Source of the DNA: Escherichia coli
Lineage (GTDB): Bacteria > Pseudomonadota > Gammaproteobacteria > Enterobacterales > Enterobacteriaceae
DNA length: 64,000 nt
Assembly (NCBI RefSeq): GCF_041886205.1
Contig: NZ_CP169029.1
Strand: one strand, 5' to 3'
Position numbers and translations under genes: made by a program. Positions 1 to 15,085 of this stretch are shown here, in pieces (the first letter of the stretch is position 1; each line of letters begins with the position of its first letter). The notes under the pieces were generated by a model that saw nothing but the letters and a program-made list of their open reading frames with translations, had not been told where the DNA came from and ran no database searches.

Positions 1-143
1 CGAATGCTGGCGCGCGTTACACCATTATGCGTCCAGTCAGTATTGAGGCGGGTTATCGCTACCTGAATCTGTCGGGTAAAGACGGTAACCGCGACAACGC
101 AGTGGCTGACGGCCCGTATGTTGGGGTTAACGCCAGTTTCTGA
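1..143 (+). CDS. yfaZ: Outer-membrane protein YfaZ, C-terminal fragment (gene begins upstream of the window)
   Basis: Frame ending at TGA 141-143 translates ...RYTIMRPVSIEAGYRYLNLSGKDGNRDNAVADGPYVGVNASF, matching what I recall of the YfaZ C-terminus; sits upstream of yfaY as in E. coli. Not in ORF track because the start lies outside the window. Confidence 0.7.
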   Translation, partial: NAGARYTIMRPVSIEAGYRYLNLSGKDGNRDNAVADGPYVGVNASF

Positions 144-151
144 TCCCTTCC

Positions 152-184
152 GGCGCGGCATTCTGTCGCGCCATTCAGTTTCTT
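152..184 (+). terminator. Putative rho-independent terminator after yfaZ
   Basis: GGCGCG-gcattctgt-CGCGCC hairpin followed by a T-rich tract (ATTCAGTTTCTT). Confidence 0.45.
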
Positions 185-242
185 ACTACGCCTTATCTCC
201 CTTTGCGTTATAGTGATTCGATAACAAAAGCAGGAGATAACC

Positions 243-1445
243 ATGTTAAAAGTGGAAATGTTATCCACCGGGGATGAAGTGTTACACGGGCAAATCGTTG
301 ACACTAACGCTGCCTGGCTGGCCGATTTTTTCTTTCATCAGGGGTTGCCATTATCTCGCCGCAATACGGTGGGGGATAACCTTGATGACTTAGTCACCAT
401 TCTTCGCGAACGTAGTCAACACGCCGATGTGCTGATCGTTAACGGCGGGCTGGGACCGACCAGTGATGATTTAAGCGCACTCGCCGCTGCGACAGCAAAA
501 GGTGAAGGCCTGGTGCTGCATGAGGCCTGGCTCAAAGAGATGGAACGCTATTTCCACGAACGTGGACGAGTAATGGCACCGAGCAACCGTAAACAAGCGG
601 AGCTGCCTGCCAGTGCTGAATTTATCAATAACCCGGTAGGCACCGCCTGTGGTTTTGCCGTGCAGCTTAATCGTTGCCTGATGTTCTTTACTCCCGGCGT
701 ACCGTCAGAATTTAAGGTGATGGTCGAGCACGAAATCCTGCCGCGCCTGCGCGAGCGTTTTTCTTTACCGCAGCCGCCGGTTTGTCTGCGTTTGACTACT
801 TTTGGTCGTTCGGAAAGCGATCTGGCACAAAGCCTGGACACTCTACAACTGCCGCCGGGCGTAACAATGGGCTATCGCTCCTCAATGCCTATCATCGAAC
901 TGAAACTCACCGGACCGGCAAGCGAGCAACAGGCGATGGAAAAACTGTGGCTGGATGTTAAACGTGTTGCCGGACAGAGCGTGATTTTCGAAGGCACTGA
1001 AGGACTGCCCGCGCAGATCAGTCGCGAATTGCAAAACCGCCAGTTCAGCCTGACGTTGAGCGAGCAATTCACCGGTGGTTTATTGGCTTTGCAACTTTCT
1101 CGCGCAGGTGCTCCATTGCTGGCGTGTGAAGTGGTTCCTTCACAGGAGGAAACCCTGGCGCAAACTGCGCACTGGATTACAGAACGGCGGGCCAACCATT
1201 TTGCCGGGCTGGCACTGGCTGTTTCGGGTTTCGAGAACGAGCATCTCAACTTTGCGCTAGCCACGCCAGACGGCACTTTCGCTCTGCGTGTGCGTTTCAG
1301 CACTACGCGCTACAGCCTGGCTATCCGTCAGGAAGTGTGCGCAATGATGGCACTGAATATGCTGCGCCGTTGGTTAAACGGCCAGGATATCGCCAGTGAG
1401 CATGGCTGGATTGAGGTTGTTGAGTCCATGACCTTATCTGTCTGA
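243..1445 (+). CDS. yfaY: CinA-like competence/damage-inducible domain protein YfaY (400 aa)
   Basis: ORF track 243..1445; N-terminus MLKVEMLSTGDEVLHGQIVDTNAAWLADFF is the CinA/MoaB-like fold signature; AGGAG RBS upstream; length matches E. coli YfaY. Confidence 0.88.
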   Translation: MLKVEMLSTGDEVLHGQIVDTNAAWLADFFFHQGLPLSRRNTVGDNLDDLVTILRERSQHADVLIVNGGLGPTSDDLSALAAATAKGEGLVLHEAWLKEMERYFHERGRVMAPSNRKQAELPASAEFINNPVGTACGFAVQLNRCLMFFTPGVPSEFKVMVEHEILPRLRERFSLPQPPVCLRLTTFGRSESDLAQSLDTLQLPPGVTMGYRSSMPIIELKLTGPASEQQAMEKLWLDVKRVAGQSVIFEGTEGLPAQISRELQNRQFSLTLSEQFTGGLLALQLSRAGAPLLACEVVPSQEETLAQTAHWITERRANHFAGLALAVSGFENEHLNFALATPDGTFALRVRFSTTRYSLAIRQEVCAMMALNMLRRWLNGQDIASEHGWIEVVESMTLSV

Positions 1446-1664
1446 TTCCGCCACTCTGTGCCGGTTTACTGCACCGGCACATTCCCCCTCCGGCAAAATT
1501 TGTCCAACCTGTTGTACTCAATAAGAAAAAATCCGTGCGCTGATTCACAAATTTGTGCGTAATTTCTCCAGTCTGCTGGACGAGGAGCGGGATTTGATGC
1601 GCTTCACAATTTTACTCCCCCTGAGCAACGAGACTGATTCCAGTATCTAAGACTGGAGTCCAGT

Positions 1665-2447
1665 ATGTTGGAATCAAGCAAAGTTCCCGCCCTGACACGG
1701 GCTATTGATATTCTCAATTTGATTGCCCGCATTGGCCCCTGTAGTGCTGCGACGATCATTGACACATTGGGAATCCCTAAAAGCACGGCCTATTTGCTGC
1801 TTAATGAACTCAGGCGTCAGCGTTTTCTTAGCCTTGATCACCAGGAAAATTTTTGTTTGTGGACCAGGCTGGTGGAGCTTTCCGGTCATGCGTTAAGCAA
1901 GATGGATCTCCGGGAACTGGCTCGACCGCGTTTGACGCAACTGATGGATACCACCGGGCTGTTATGTCACCTGGGGATTATTGATAACGGCAGCGCTTAT
2001 TACATTTTGAAAGTGGAGTCATCAGCCACTATCAGCGTGCGTTCCCATGAAGGAAAAAGCCTTTCGCTTTATCGCTCCGGAATAGGTAAATGCCTGCTTG
2101 CCTGGCAACCTGCAGCGGTACAGCAAAGTATTATCGAAGGGCTGGTCTGGGAGCAGGCGACACCCACAACGATTACTCATCCACAGCAACTTCACGAAGA
2201 ACTGGCGCGTATTCGCCGTCAGGGCTGGAGCTATGACAACGGCGAAGATTACGCCGATGTCCGTTGTGTCGCTGCGCCGGTGTTTAACGCCAATAACGAG
2301 CTTACCGCTGCGATCTCGGTGGTCGGTACCCGCTTACAAATCAATGAAGAATACCGTGATTATCTGGCGGGCAAGGCCATTGCCTGCGCCAGGGATATTT
2401 CACGTCTGTTGGGATGGAAAAGTCCCTTTGACTTACAAGCCTCATAA
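1665..2447 (+). CDS. rhmR: IclR-family transcriptional regulator of L-rhamnonate utilisation
   Basis: 260 aa ORF with N-terminal HTH ([41 protein letters not shown]) and IclR effector domain; immediately upstream of rhmD-rhmT-rhmA. Confidence 0.88.
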   Translation: MLESSKVPALTRAIDILNLIARIGPCSAATIIDTLGIPKSTAYLLLNELRRQRFLSLDHQENFCLWTRLVELSGHALSKMDLRELARPRLTQLMDTTGLLCHLGIIDNGSAYYILKVESSATISVRSHEGKSLSLYRSGIGKCLLAWQPAAVQQSIIEGLVWEQATPTTITHPQQLHEELARIRRQGWSYDNGEDYADVRCVAAPVFNANNELTAAISVVGTRLQINEEYRDYLAGKAIACARDISRLLGWKSPFDLQAS

Positions 2448-2461
2448 CAATGGAGAACATC

Positions 2462-3667
2462 ATGACCCTACCAAAAATTAAACAGGTTCGCGCCTGGTTT
2501 ACTGGCGGTGCGACAGCAGAAAAAGGCGCTGGCGGCGGTGATTATCACGACCAGGGGGCGAATCACTGGATAGACGATCATATTGCCACCCCGATGAGTA
2601 AATACCGCGATTACGAGCAGTCACGCCAGTCATTTGGCATTAACGTTCTTGGCACGTTGGTTGTTGAAGTCGAAGCAGAAAACGGCCAGACCGGATTCGC
2701 CGTTTCGACAGCCGGTGAAATGGGCTGTTTTATTGTCGAAAAACATCTTAACCGTTTCATTGAGGGTAAATGTGTCAGTGATATCAAACTGATCCACAAT
2801 CAAATGCTCAGTGCCACCCTGTATTACTCCGGCTCTGGTGGCCTGGTGATGAATACGATTTCCTGTGTCGATCTGGCTCTGTGGGATCTGTTCGGCAAAG
2901 TGGTCGGGCTTCCGGTTTATAAACTTTTAGGCGGCGCTGTTCGTGATGAGATTCAGTTCTACGCCACAGGTGCGCGTCCGGATCTGGCAAAAGAGATGGG
3001 CTTTATCGGTGGCAAAATGCCGACGCACTGGGGGCCACATGATGGCGATGCGGGGATCCGCAAAGATGCCGCTATGGTCGCGGATATGCGTGAAAAATGC
3101 GGTGAGGATTTCTGGTTAATGCTCGACTGCTGGATGAGTCAGGACGTGAACTATGCCACCAAACTGGCCCACGCTTGCGCGCCCTATAACCTGAAATGGA
3201 TCGAAGAGTGCCTGCCGCCACAGCAGTATGAAGGTTATCGCGAACTGAAACGCAACGCGCCAGCAGGGATGATGGTCACCAGCGGTGAGCACCACGGCAC
3301 ACTGCAATCTTTTCGTACGCTTTCAGAAACCGGTATCGACATCATGCAGCCGGATGTTGGCTGGTGCGGTGGCTTAACCACGCTGGTGGAAATTGCCGCA
3401 ATCGCCAAATCCAGGGGGCAACTGGTGGTGCCGCACGGTTCGTCTGTTTACTCCCACCATGCGGTGATCACCTTCACCAATACGCCATTCAGCGAATTCC
3501 TGATGACCAGTCCGAATTGTTCAACGATGCGTCCGCAGTTTGACCCGATTCTGCTCAATGAGCCGGTTCCGGTGAATGGTCGTATTCATAAATCAGTGCT
3601 TGATAAACCCGGTTTTGGCGTCGAACTCAATCGTGACTGCAATTTGAAACGCCCCTACAGCCACTAA
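2462..3667 (+). CDS. rhmD: L-rhamnonate dehydratase (enolase superfamily)
   Basis: ORF 2450..3667; start moved to ATG 2462 ([13 protein letters not shown]) which has a GGAG RBS 7 nt upstream and gives the 401 aa I recall for RhmD. Confidence 0.9.
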   Translation: MTLPKIKQVRAWFTGGATAEKGAGGGDYHDQGANHWIDDHIATPMSKYRDYEQSRQSFGINVLGTLVVEVEAENGQTGFAVSTAGEMGCFIVEKHLNRFIEGKCVSDIKLIHNQMLSATLYYSGSGGLVMNTISCVDLALWDLFGKVVGLPVYKLLGGAVRDEIQFYATGARPDLAKEMGFIGGKMPTHWGPHDGDAGIRKDAAMVADMREKCGEDFWLMLDCWMSQDVNYATKLAHACAPYNLKWIEECLPPQQYEGYRELKRNAPAGMMVTSGEHHGTLQSFRTLSETGIDIMQPDVGWCGGLTTLVEIAAIAKSRGQLVVPHGSSVYSHHAVITFTNTPFSEFLMTSPNCSTMRPQFDPILLNEPVPVNGRIHKSVLDKPGFGVELNRDCNLKRPYSH

Positions 3668-3723
3668 TCACTCCGGGCGTTGCTGTGACAACGGTAACGC
3701 CCACATATTCTAAGGAGCTTTTT

Positions 3724-5013
3724 ATGAGCACCGCTTTGCTTGACGTCGTGGTGAAGAAAAACCGTGTGCGTTTAATTCCGTTTATGTTGGCGCTGTATGT
3801 GCTGGCGTTTCTCGACCGTTCGAATATCGGTTTTGCCAAACAGACCTACCAGATTGATACCGGGCTGAGTAATGAAGCTTATGCGCTGGGAGCAGGCATT
3901 TTCTTTGTGGTATATGCGTTTCTGGGTGTTCCGGCGAATCTTTTGATGCGAAAACTGGGGGCCAGAACCTGGATTGGTACGACAACACTGCTGTGGGGAT
4001 TTCTTTCGGCAGCCATGGCATGGGCCGATACTGAAGCGAAATTTCTGATCGTTCGCACTCTGCTTGGTGCTGCGGAGGCTGGGTTTTTCCCTGGTATGAT
4101 TTATCTCACCTCGCAATGGTTTCCGCAGCGTAATCGCGCCAGCATTATGGGGCTGTTCTATATGGGCGCACCGCTGGCGTTAACACTGGGATCACCGCTT
4201 TCCGGCGCGCTGCTGGAGATGCATGGATTTATGGGGCATCCCGGCTGGTTCTGGATGTTTGTGATTGAAGGATTGTTGGCAGTCGGTGCTGGGGTATTCA
4301 CATTCTTTTGGCTTGATGACACACCGGAGCAGGCACGTTTTCTGAGTAAACAAGAAAAAACGTTGCTTATCAATCAACTGGCAAGTGAAGAACAACAGAA
4401 AGTGACTTCTCGGCTGAGCGATGCGCTGCGTAATGGGCGAGTCTGGCAACTGGCGATTATCTACCTGACCATTCAGGTGGCGGTTTACGGATTAATTTTC
4501 TTCCTGCCGACCCAGGTTGCGGCATTGCTGGGGACAAAAGTGGGCTTTACAGCGTCGGTGGTCACCGCCATTCCGTGGGTTGCTGCCTTGTTTGGGACTT
4601 GGCTTATTCCGCGCTATTCCGATAAAACCGGCGAACGGCGTAATGTCGCAGCGCTGACATTACTGGCGGCGGGCATTGGTATTGGTCTGTCCGGGCTGCT
4701 TTCTCCAGTACTGGCGATCGTAGCGCTGTGTGTTGCAGCCATCGGGTTTATTGCCGTGCAGCCGGTGTTCTGGACGATGCCGACACAACTGCTTTCCGGT
4801 ACGGCGCTGGCTGCGGGGATTGGTTTTGTAAACCTGTTTGGTGCAGTGGGCGGGTTTATTGCCCCGATCCTGCGCGTGAAAGCAGAAACGTTATTTGCCA
4901 GCGATGCGGCGGGATTACTGACGCTGGCAGCGGTGGCGGTCATCGGTTCGCTGATTATTTTCACTCTGCGTGTAAATCGCACTGTTGCGCAGACCGACGT
5001 GGCACATCATTAA
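3724..5013 (+). CDS. rhmT: MFS transporter for L-rhamnonate
   Basis: ORF 3685..5013; start moved to [37 protein letters not shown] (AAGGAG RBS upstream); MFS signature DRSNIGF; 429 aa. Confidence 0.9.
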   Translation: MSTALLDVVVKKNRVRLIPFMLALYVLAFLDRSNIGFAKQTYQIDTGLSNEAYALGAGIFFVVYAFLGVPANLLMRKLGARTWIGTTTLLWGFLSAAMAWADTEAKFLIVRTLLGAAEAGFFPGMIYLTSQWFPQRNRASIMGLFYMGAPLALTLGSPLSGALLEMHGFMGHPGWFWMFVIEGLLAVGAGVFTFFWLDDTPEQARFLSKQEKTLLINQLASEEQQKVTSRLSDALRNGRVWQLAIIYLTIQVAVYGLIFFLPTQVAALLGTKVGFTASVVTAIPWVAALFGTWLIPRYSDKTGERRNVAALTLLAAGIGIGLSGLLSPVLAIVALCVAAIGFIAVQPVFWTMPTQLLSGTALAAGIGFVNLFGAVGGFIAPILRVKAETLFASDAAGLLTLAAVAVIGSLIIFTLRVNRTVAQTDVAHH

Positions 5014-5030
5014 ATAGGTTAAGGAACACG

Positions 5031-5834
5031 ATGAACGCATTATTAAGCAATCCCTTTAAAGAACGTTTACGCAAGGGCGAAGTGCAAATTGGTCTGTGGT
5101 TAAGCTCAACGACTGCCTATATGGCAGAAATTGCCGCCACTTCCGGTTATGACTGGTTGCTGATTGATGGGGAACACGCGCCAAACACCATTCAGGATCT
5201 TTATCACCAACTACAGGCGGTAGCGCCCTATGCCAGCCAACCCGTGATCCGTCCGGTGGAAGGCAGTAAACCGCTGATTAAACAAGTCCTGGATATTGGC
5301 GCGCAAACTCTACTGATCCCGATGGTCGCTACTGCCGATCAGGCACGTCAGGTGGTGTCAGCCACGCGCTATCCTCCCTACGGTGAGCGTGGTGTTGGGG
5401 CCAGTGTGGCACGGGCTGCGCGCTGGGGACGCATTGAGAATTACATGGCGCAAGTCAACGATTCGCTTTGTCTGTTGGTGCAGGTGGAAAGTAAAACAGC
5501 ACTGGATAACCTGGACGAAATCCTCGACGTCGAAGGGATTGATGGCGTGTTTATTGGACCTGCGGATCTTTCTGCGTCGTTGGGCTACCCGGATAACGCC
5601 GGGCACCCGGAAGTGCAGCGAATTATTGAAACCAGTATTCGGCGGATCCGTGCTGCGGGTAAAGCGGCTGGTTTTCTGGCTGTGGCTCCTGATATGGCGC
5701 AGCAATGCCTGGCGTGGGGAGCGAACTTTGTCGCTGTTGGCGTTGACACGATGCTCTACAGCGATGCCCTGGATCAAAGACTGGCGATGTTTAAATCAGG
5801 CAAAAATGGGCCACGCATAAAAGGTAATTATTGA
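5031..5834 (+). CDS. rhmA: 2-keto-3-deoxy-L-rhamnonate aldolase (HpcH/HpaI family)
   Basis: Track ORF 4728..5834 is an upstream over-extension; true start is M102 ([24 protein letters not shown]), giving 267 aa as in RhmA. Confidence 0.9.
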   Translation: MNALLSNPFKERLRKGEVQIGLWLSSTTAYMAEIAATSGYDWLLIDGEHAPNTIQDLYHQLQAVAPYASQPVIRPVEGSKPLIKQVLDIGAQTLLIPMVATADQARQVVSATRYPPYGERGVGASVARAARWGRIENYMAQVNDSLCLLVQVESKTALDNLDEILDVEGIDGVFIGPADLSASLGYPDNAGHPEVQRIIETSIRRIRAAGKAAGFLAVAPDMAQQCLAWGANFVAVGVDTMLYSDALDQRLAMFKSGKNGPRIKGNY

Positions 5835-5874
5835 TATCAAAGGCCCATGGGGATCGGCTGTGGGCCTGTGTTAA

Positions 5875-6825
5875 TTAGTGGTTATTCGCTGCCAGATCGG
5901 CTTCGCTTAGCTGGGTGGCCGCGAGCACCAGGTCACGATCAATGCCTTGTTCCAGCATGCGCAAAGCAATTTTAATGGCTTGTTCACGCATACCTTCCTG
6001 CAAACCTTCTAATTTACCTTCCTGCCAGCCTTCAATCTTACCCTCCTGCCAGCCAATTTGATGTCCTTCCTGCCGTAGCCGTTCAGCAATAGTCATTAAT
6101 CTCTCCTTTTGTAGTGGTGAACGTTCGGCAATCTCCTGAATAAAACGGGTGAAACGGGAGGTATCGCCGCATTGCAGCAGATAATTAAACAGTGTTTGTA
6201 GCTGGCTGTCATTAGTGAAGCCTCTAACCAAAAGCGTGGTGATCCTGTCAACCATACCGATTAAATCGCGGTCGCGAATATGCTTTTGAATCAGTTCCAG
6301 CAGAGCTATACGCCGATGTTGCATGATCTCATCGTCAGGTACGATGGTGATATCCACCAACGGAAAAGCTTCGGTGTACAACTGCCGGGCAAGTTGCGGA
6401 TCGTCAAACTCATCCAGCCAGTTAAGTGAGTATGGGTAGGGCGAGGTTTCGCCATGATAAAACAGCAACGGCACCACCAGCGGGACTCTGTCATAGCCTT
6501 TGTCCAGGTGACGCTGCATGGCGGCAGTGGCATAGCGCATTAGCCGAAAAGCCATATTCTTTTCTGCAGAGCTTTGATGTTCAATCACGCAGTAGATATA
6601 ACCGTCACCGTCGCTGGTTTCCACGGACCACAAAACATCCGAGTAGTAAGCGCGTAAACTTTTTTCAATAAAACTGGTGGGTTCCAGGCGTAAGGTTTGC
6701 AGGTTGCAAAGCTTGCGCAGCGGCTCTGGTAGATGTATTTCGAGAAAATCCCGTGCGGTTTCGGGTGTGAACATAAAGGTTTTAAACACCGCATCATGCG
6801 GGGAGGAGGTTGTTGATTCGGTCAT
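5875..6825 (-). CDS. rpnB: Rpn-family recombination-promoting nuclease (PD-(D/E)XK, transposase_31-like) RpnB/YfaD
   Basis: 316 aa ORF; N-terminus [13 protein letters not shown]...DFLEIHLP and C-terminal tandem GWQEGK(I/L)EG repeats are typical of E. coli Rpn/YhgA-like proteins; position between rhmA and glpC matches yfaD. Confidence 0.82.
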   Translation of the reverse strand: MTESTTSSPHDAVFKTFMFTPETARDFLEIHLPEPLRKLCNLQTLRLEPTSFIEKSLRAYYSDVLWSVETSDGDGYIYCVIEHQSSAEKNMAFRLMRYATAAMQRHLDKGYDRVPLVVPLLFYHGETSPYPYSLNWLDEFDDPQLARQLYTEAFPLVDITIVPDDEIMQHRRIALLELIQKHIRDRDLIGMVDRITTLLVRGFTNDSQLQTLFNYLLQCGDTSRFTRFIQEIAERSPLQKERLMTIAERLRQEGHQIGWQEGKIEGWQEGKLEGLQEGMREQAIKIALRMLEQGIDRDLVLAATQLSEADLAANNH

Positions 6826-6970
6826 GGTTGTCCGTCACCTGATGTTTATGATGACGCGACATTACGGTTATCCCGGGCCTTTTACATCTGCCAGTTTCAG
6901 CCTTTGCGAGACGTTTTCAGAGGAATTTTCACTGCGTTGCAACGCATACATTGGGCATGGAATCGTGTAC

Positions 6971-7006
6971 GCAAAAATGCCCGGTAACCACATGCTTACC
7001 GGGCAT
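6971..7006 (-). terminator. Rho-independent terminator of glpACB
   Basis: Minus strand GCCCGGTAA-gcatgtgg-TTACCGGGC (9 bp stem) followed by ATTTTTGC, 12 nt after the glpC stop. Confidence 0.65.
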
Positions 7007-7017
7007 CAGAAGGGAGT

Positions 7018-11082
<4,065 letters not shown>

Positions 11083-11354
11083 TGTTATCCCTCTGAAGTT
11101 CGTTTTTTACCATTTAGCCATAGTAAAAACATGAATTGTTTGATTTCGCGCATATTCGCTCATAATTCGAAAGTGAAACGTGATTTCATGCGTCATTTTG
11201 AACATTTTGTAAATCTTATTTAATAATGTGTGCGGTAATTCACATTTAATTTCTGAATGTTTTCTTAACATCGCGGCAACTCAAGAAACGGCTGGTTCTC
11301 CCACAGAATCAGGCTGTTAATCATAGATAAGACCACGGGCCACGGAGGCTTTCA
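11083..11354. promoter_or_regulatory. Divergent glpACB / glpTQ control region with at least one CRP-type site (TGTGCggtaatTCACA at about 11229-11244)
   Basis: 272 bp AT-rich spacer between divergent glpA and glpT starts; good match to TGTGA-N6-TCACA; second weaker GTGAaacgtgatTTCAT nearby; GlpR operators expected from established knowledge but not individually delimited. Confidence 0.55.
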
Positions 11355-12713
11355 ATGTTGAGTATTTTTAAACCAGCGCCACACAAAGCGCGCTTACCTG
11401 CTGCGGAGATCGATCCGACTTATCGTCGATTGCGCTGGCAAATTTTCCTGGGGATATTCTTTGGCTATGCGGCTTACTATCTGGTTCGTAAGAACTTTGC
11501 GCTTGCTATGCCTTATCTGGTTGAGCAGGGATTCTCACGCGGTGATTTAGGTTTTGCCCTTTCGGGGATCTCGATTGCTTATGGATTTTCGAAATTCATC
11601 ATGGGTTCGGTATCGGATCGCTCGAATCCGCGCGTTTTCCTGCCCGCAGGTTTGATTCTGGCGGCGGCAGTGATGTTGTTTATGGGCTTTGTGCCATGGG
11701 CGACGTCGAGCATTGCAGTGATGTTTGTACTGTTGTTCCTCTGCGGTTGGTTCCAGGGGATGGGATGGCCGCCGTGCGGTCGTACTATGGTGCACTGGTG
11801 GTCGCAGAAAGAACGTGGCGGCATTGTGTCAGTGTGGAACTGTGCGCACAACGTCGGTGGTGGTATTCCGCCGCTGCTGTTCCTGCTGGGGATGGCCTGG
11901 TTCAATGACTGGCACGCGGCGCTCTATATGCCCGCTTTCTGCGCCATTCTGGTGGCATTATTCGCCTTTGCGATGATGCGCGATACCCCGCAATCCTGTG
12001 GCTTGCCGCCGATCGAAGAGTACAAAAATGATTATCCGGACGACTATAACGAAAAAGCGGAACAGGAGCTGACTGCGAAGCAAATCTTCATGCAGTACGT
12101 GCTGCCGAACAAACTGCTGTGGTATATCGCCATCGCCAACGTGTTCGTTTATCTGCTGCGTTACGGCATCCTCGACTGGTCACCGACTTATCTGAAAGAG
12201 GTTAAGCACTTCGCGCTGGATAAATCGTCCTGGGCTTACTTCCTTTATGAATATGCAGGTATTCCGGGCACCCTGCTATGCGGCTGGATGTCGGATAAAG
12301 TCTTCCGTGGCAACCGTGGGGCAACCGGCGTCTTCTTTATGACACTGGTGACCATCGCGACTATCGTTTACTGGATGAACCCGGCGGGCAATCCGAACGT
12401 CGATATAATTTGTATGATTGTTATCGGCTTCCTCATTTACGGCCCTGTGATGCTGATCGGTCTGCATGCGCTGGAACTGGCACCGAAAAAAGCGGCTGGT
12501 ACGGCAGCGGGCTTTACCGGTCTGTTTGGTTACCTGGGCGGTTCGGTGGCGGCGAGCGCGATTGTTGGCTATACCGTGGACTTCTTCGGCTGGGATGGCG
12601 GCTTTATGGTAATGATTGGCGGCAGCATTCTGGCGGTTATCTTGTTGATTGTTGTGATGATTGGCGAAAAACGTCGCCATCAGGAATTACTGCAAAAACG
12701 CAACGGAGGCTAA
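11355..12713 (+). CDS. glpT: Glycerol-3-phosphate:phosphate antiporter
   Basis: 452 aa [34 protein letters not shown] matches GlpT; divergent from glpA. Confidence 0.96.
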   Translation: MLSIFKPAPHKARLPAAEIDPTYRRLRWQIFLGIFFGYAAYYLVRKNFALAMPYLVEQGFSRGDLGFALSGISIAYGFSKFIMGSVSDRSNPRVFLPAGLILAAAVMLFMGFVPWATSSIAVMFVLLFLCGWFQGMGWPPCGRTMVHWWSQKERGGIVSVWNCAHNVGGGIPPLLFLLGMAWFNDWHAALYMPAFCAILVALFAFAMMRDTPQSCGLPPIEEYKNDYPDDYNEKAEQELTAKQIFMQYVLPNKLLWYIAIANVFVYLLRYGILDWSPTYLKEVKHFALDKSSWAYFLYEYAGIPGTLLCGWMSDKVFRGNRGATGVFFMTLVTIATIVYWMNPAGNPNVDIICMIVIGFLIYGPVMLIGLHALELAPKKAAGTAAGFTGLFGYLGGSVAASAIVGYTVDFFGWDGGFMVMIGGSILAVILLIVVMIGEKRRHQELLQKRNGG

Positions 12714-12717
12714 TGGC

Positions 12718-13794
12718 ATGAAATTGACGCTGAAAAACCTTAGCATGGCGATCATGATGAGTGGAATGATCATGGGAAGCAGTGCAATGGCGGCGGACAG
12801 CAACGAAAAAATAGTCATCGCCCATCGCGGTGCCAGTGGATATTTGCCGGAGCATACGCTGCCAGCAAAAGCGATGGCGTATGCGCAGGGAGCGGATTAT
12901 CTGGAACAGGATTTGGTGATGACCAAAGACGACCATCTGGTTGTCCTGCATGACCATTATCTCGATCGTGTTACTGATGTTGCCGATCGTTTCCCGGATC
13001 GGGCGCGCAAAGACGGTCGTTACTACGCGATAGATTTCACGCTGGATGAAATTAAGTCGCTGAAATTTACCGAAGGTTTCGATATTGAAAACGGTAAAAA
13101 AGTGCAGACTTATCCGGGGCGTTTCCCAATGGGTAAGTCCGACTTCCGGGTGCACACCTTTGAAGAAGAGATTGAATTTGTTCAGGGGTTAAATCACTCA
13201 ACCGGAAAAAATATCGGTATCTATCCAGAAATTAAAGCGCCGTGGTTCCATCATCAGGAAGGGAAGGATATTGCGGCAAAAACGCTGGAAGTGCTGAAGA
13301 AATATGGTTACACCGGTAAGGACGACAAAGTTTATTTGCAATGTTTTGATGCTGATGAGCTGAAGCGTATTAAGAATGAGCTGGAACCTAAAATGGGCAT
13401 GGATCTCAATTTGGTACAGCTGATTGCCTATACCGACTGGAATGAAACGCAGCAGAAACAGCCGGACGGAAGCTGGGTTAATTACAACTACGACTGGATG
13501 TTTAAGCCGGGTGCTATGAAACAGGTGGCGGAATATGCTGATGGTATTGGCCCGGATTACCATATGTTGATTGAGGAAACATCGCAGCCGGGTAATATCA
13601 AACTCACTGGCATGGTGCAAGATGCTCAGCAGAATAAACTGGTAGTGCATCCTTATACCGTGCGGTCAGATAAACTGCCTGAATACACTACTGATGTGAA
13701 TCAGTTATATGATGCTCTGTATAACAAAGCGGGTGTAAATGGGCTATTTACTGATTTCCCTGATAAGGCAGTAAAATTTCTTAATAAAGAGTAA
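12718..13794 (+). CDS. glpQ: Periplasmic glycerophosphodiester phosphodiesterase
   Basis: ORF 12661..13794 trimmed to M20 (MKLTLKNLSMAIMMSGMIMGSSAMA signal peptide, then IVIAHRGASGYLPEHT GDPD motif); 358 aa. Confidence 0.95.
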   Translation: MKLTLKNLSMAIMMSGMIMGSSAMAADSNEKIVIAHRGASGYLPEHTLPAKAMAYAQGADYLEQDLVMTKDDHLVVLHDHYLDRVTDVADRFPDRARKDGRYYAIDFTLDEIKSLKFTEGFDIENGKKVQTYPGRFPMGKSDFRVHTFEEEIEFVQGLNHSTGKNIGIYPEIKAPWFHHQEGKDIAAKTLEVLKKYGYTGKDDKVYLQCFDADELKRIKNELEPKMGMDLNLVQLIAYTDWNETQQKQPDGSWVNYNYDWMFKPGAMKQVAEYADGIGPDYHMLIEETSQPGNIKLTGMVQDAQQNKLVVHPYTVRSDKLPEYTTDVNQLYDALYNKAGVNGLFTDFPDKAVKFLNKE

Positions 13795-14014
13795 TGCTAC
13801 TGCAGGATGGCGTTCATGCGCCATCCTCTGCTAAAACGAAATAATGCTTCTACCGGTTATTCTATTCATTAACCGGTGCATCCTGTTAAAAAAGATGCCA
13901 ACATATTTGCGTAAAACTCATTCGTTAAGAAAGCTAACACTGGGCATTGTTATTCCTTAAACAGTATGAATTGGGTTCAATAATAAATTTTATTGCAGTT
14001 TATACTGTAAAGTA

Positions 14015-15085
14015 TTATTCGTATTTCGGAAAAGTAAAGAAAATATTAATGTATCTTATTAATTTATCATATTGTTCTTGAGTGAATGCTGTTTGCACAC
14101 CTTCAGGACAATATTCACCAGTAATAACCAGTTGTCCATTGCTGTGTTGTACCATTAAACCTTTTTTTTCCTTTGGATCTTCAAACTTAGAATTATCAAA
14201 CGTGAAGATGTTATTTTCCTGTTTTGAGTAAGCAAAGAAATCTCGTGTATAGCTGAAACTATCATTTATTAATGGTGCTAACTTTTTGTCGGCGATATCG
14301 ATAAGCTCACCACTTAATTTATTGATGTATTTCATTTGATTCAATTTTTTCTGCGCTTGTACAATTTGCTCGTAGGTATTTTTAATTTTTTTAGAAGAAT
14401 TCTTGAATATATCATAGCGTTCCTCGGAGGATGTGTATTTGTACCCTTCTGTATTTTTCTCAGAATGTAATAGCAGGTCTGTATATTCTTTTTGTTTGCT
14501 GTGAAGTTGACTTTTAATACTTTCCTCACTGCTGATCTTATGATGTTTATCAGAGTCGTTTGTTTTTGAAATGTCTTTTTCTGTCAGTGTCTGGTCCGTG
14601 TTGTGGATATTTTCTTTTGCAACATGCTCATTGATGATGTTAATTGCAGCTTCATATTCATTTAAGTTTATTGTTCTTTCTGAAAGAAACCCTTCTTTGC
14701 TTTCGATACTCAAAACACCTTCGTTGTTTTCACCTCGGGTAAAGGTAAGGGTATAGGGTTCATAATCCGCTGCAAATTCATTTTTATACGTTATGACATG
14801 TTCGACAAAATGTCTTATTGGTACGAAACCATAACTGTGAACGTCAATTTCTTGGGTCTTGATGCTATCAATTGCATCTGAGGCTTTCGTGAAAAAAGCC
14901 AATAAATTAGCTATGTTGTCTGCTGAGGTTGATAACCCGTATCTACTTTGAGATATTTTTAGAAACTCATCGCAAAAAATCTCAAGTTTCGCGGTTTGTT
15001 GTGATTCTTTGTAAACTTCTACTGGTTGCAATTTATTATTTTGTAAAAGATTACAGCGAGATAAGTGAATAGATGTATTTGGCAT
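14015..15085 (-). CDS. Hypothetical protein of unknown function; low-GC orphan gene, hydrophilic, no signal peptide or TM segment seen
   Basis: Track ORF 14015..15121 (368 aa); likely start is M13 at 15085 (MPNTSIHL...) because AAGGAA lies 6 nt upstream. GC looks about 30-35% by eye against about 50% for neighbours. Central third is Lys/Glu/Ser-rich low complexity. No catalytic motif recognised (no Walker A, HxH, HNH, DEAD). Confidence 0.6.
   Translation of the reverse strand: MPNTSIHLSRCNLLQNNKLQPVEVYKESQQTAKLEIFCDEFLKISQSRYGLSTSADNIANLLAFFTKASDAIDSIKTQEIDVHSYGFVPIRHFVEHVITYKNEFAADYEPYTLTFTRGENNEGVLSIESKEGFLSERTINLNEYEAAINIINEHVAKENIHNTDQTLTEKDISKTNDSDKHHKISSEESIKSQLHSKQKEYTDLLLHSEKNTEGYKYTSSEERYDIFKNSSKKIKNTYEQIVQAQKKLNQMKYINKLSGELIDIADKKLAPLINDSFSYTRDFFAYSKQENNIFTFDNSKFEDPKEKKGLMVQHSNGQLVITGEYCPEGVQTAFTQEQYDKLIRYINIFFTFPKYE

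Noticed and set aside
4728..5030. Upstream 101-codon extension of the rhmA ORF in the track
   Set aside because: The extension overlaps the rhmT 3' end in another frame and is Cys/Arg-rich nonsense; the start at 5031 (MNALLSNPF) gives the expected 267 aa RhmA.
13803..13829. Inverted repeat AGGATGGCG...CGCCATCCT just after glpQ as a rho-independent terminator
   Set aside because: A good stem is present but no U-tract follows, so it is not listed as a terminator; it could be a processing or REP-like element.
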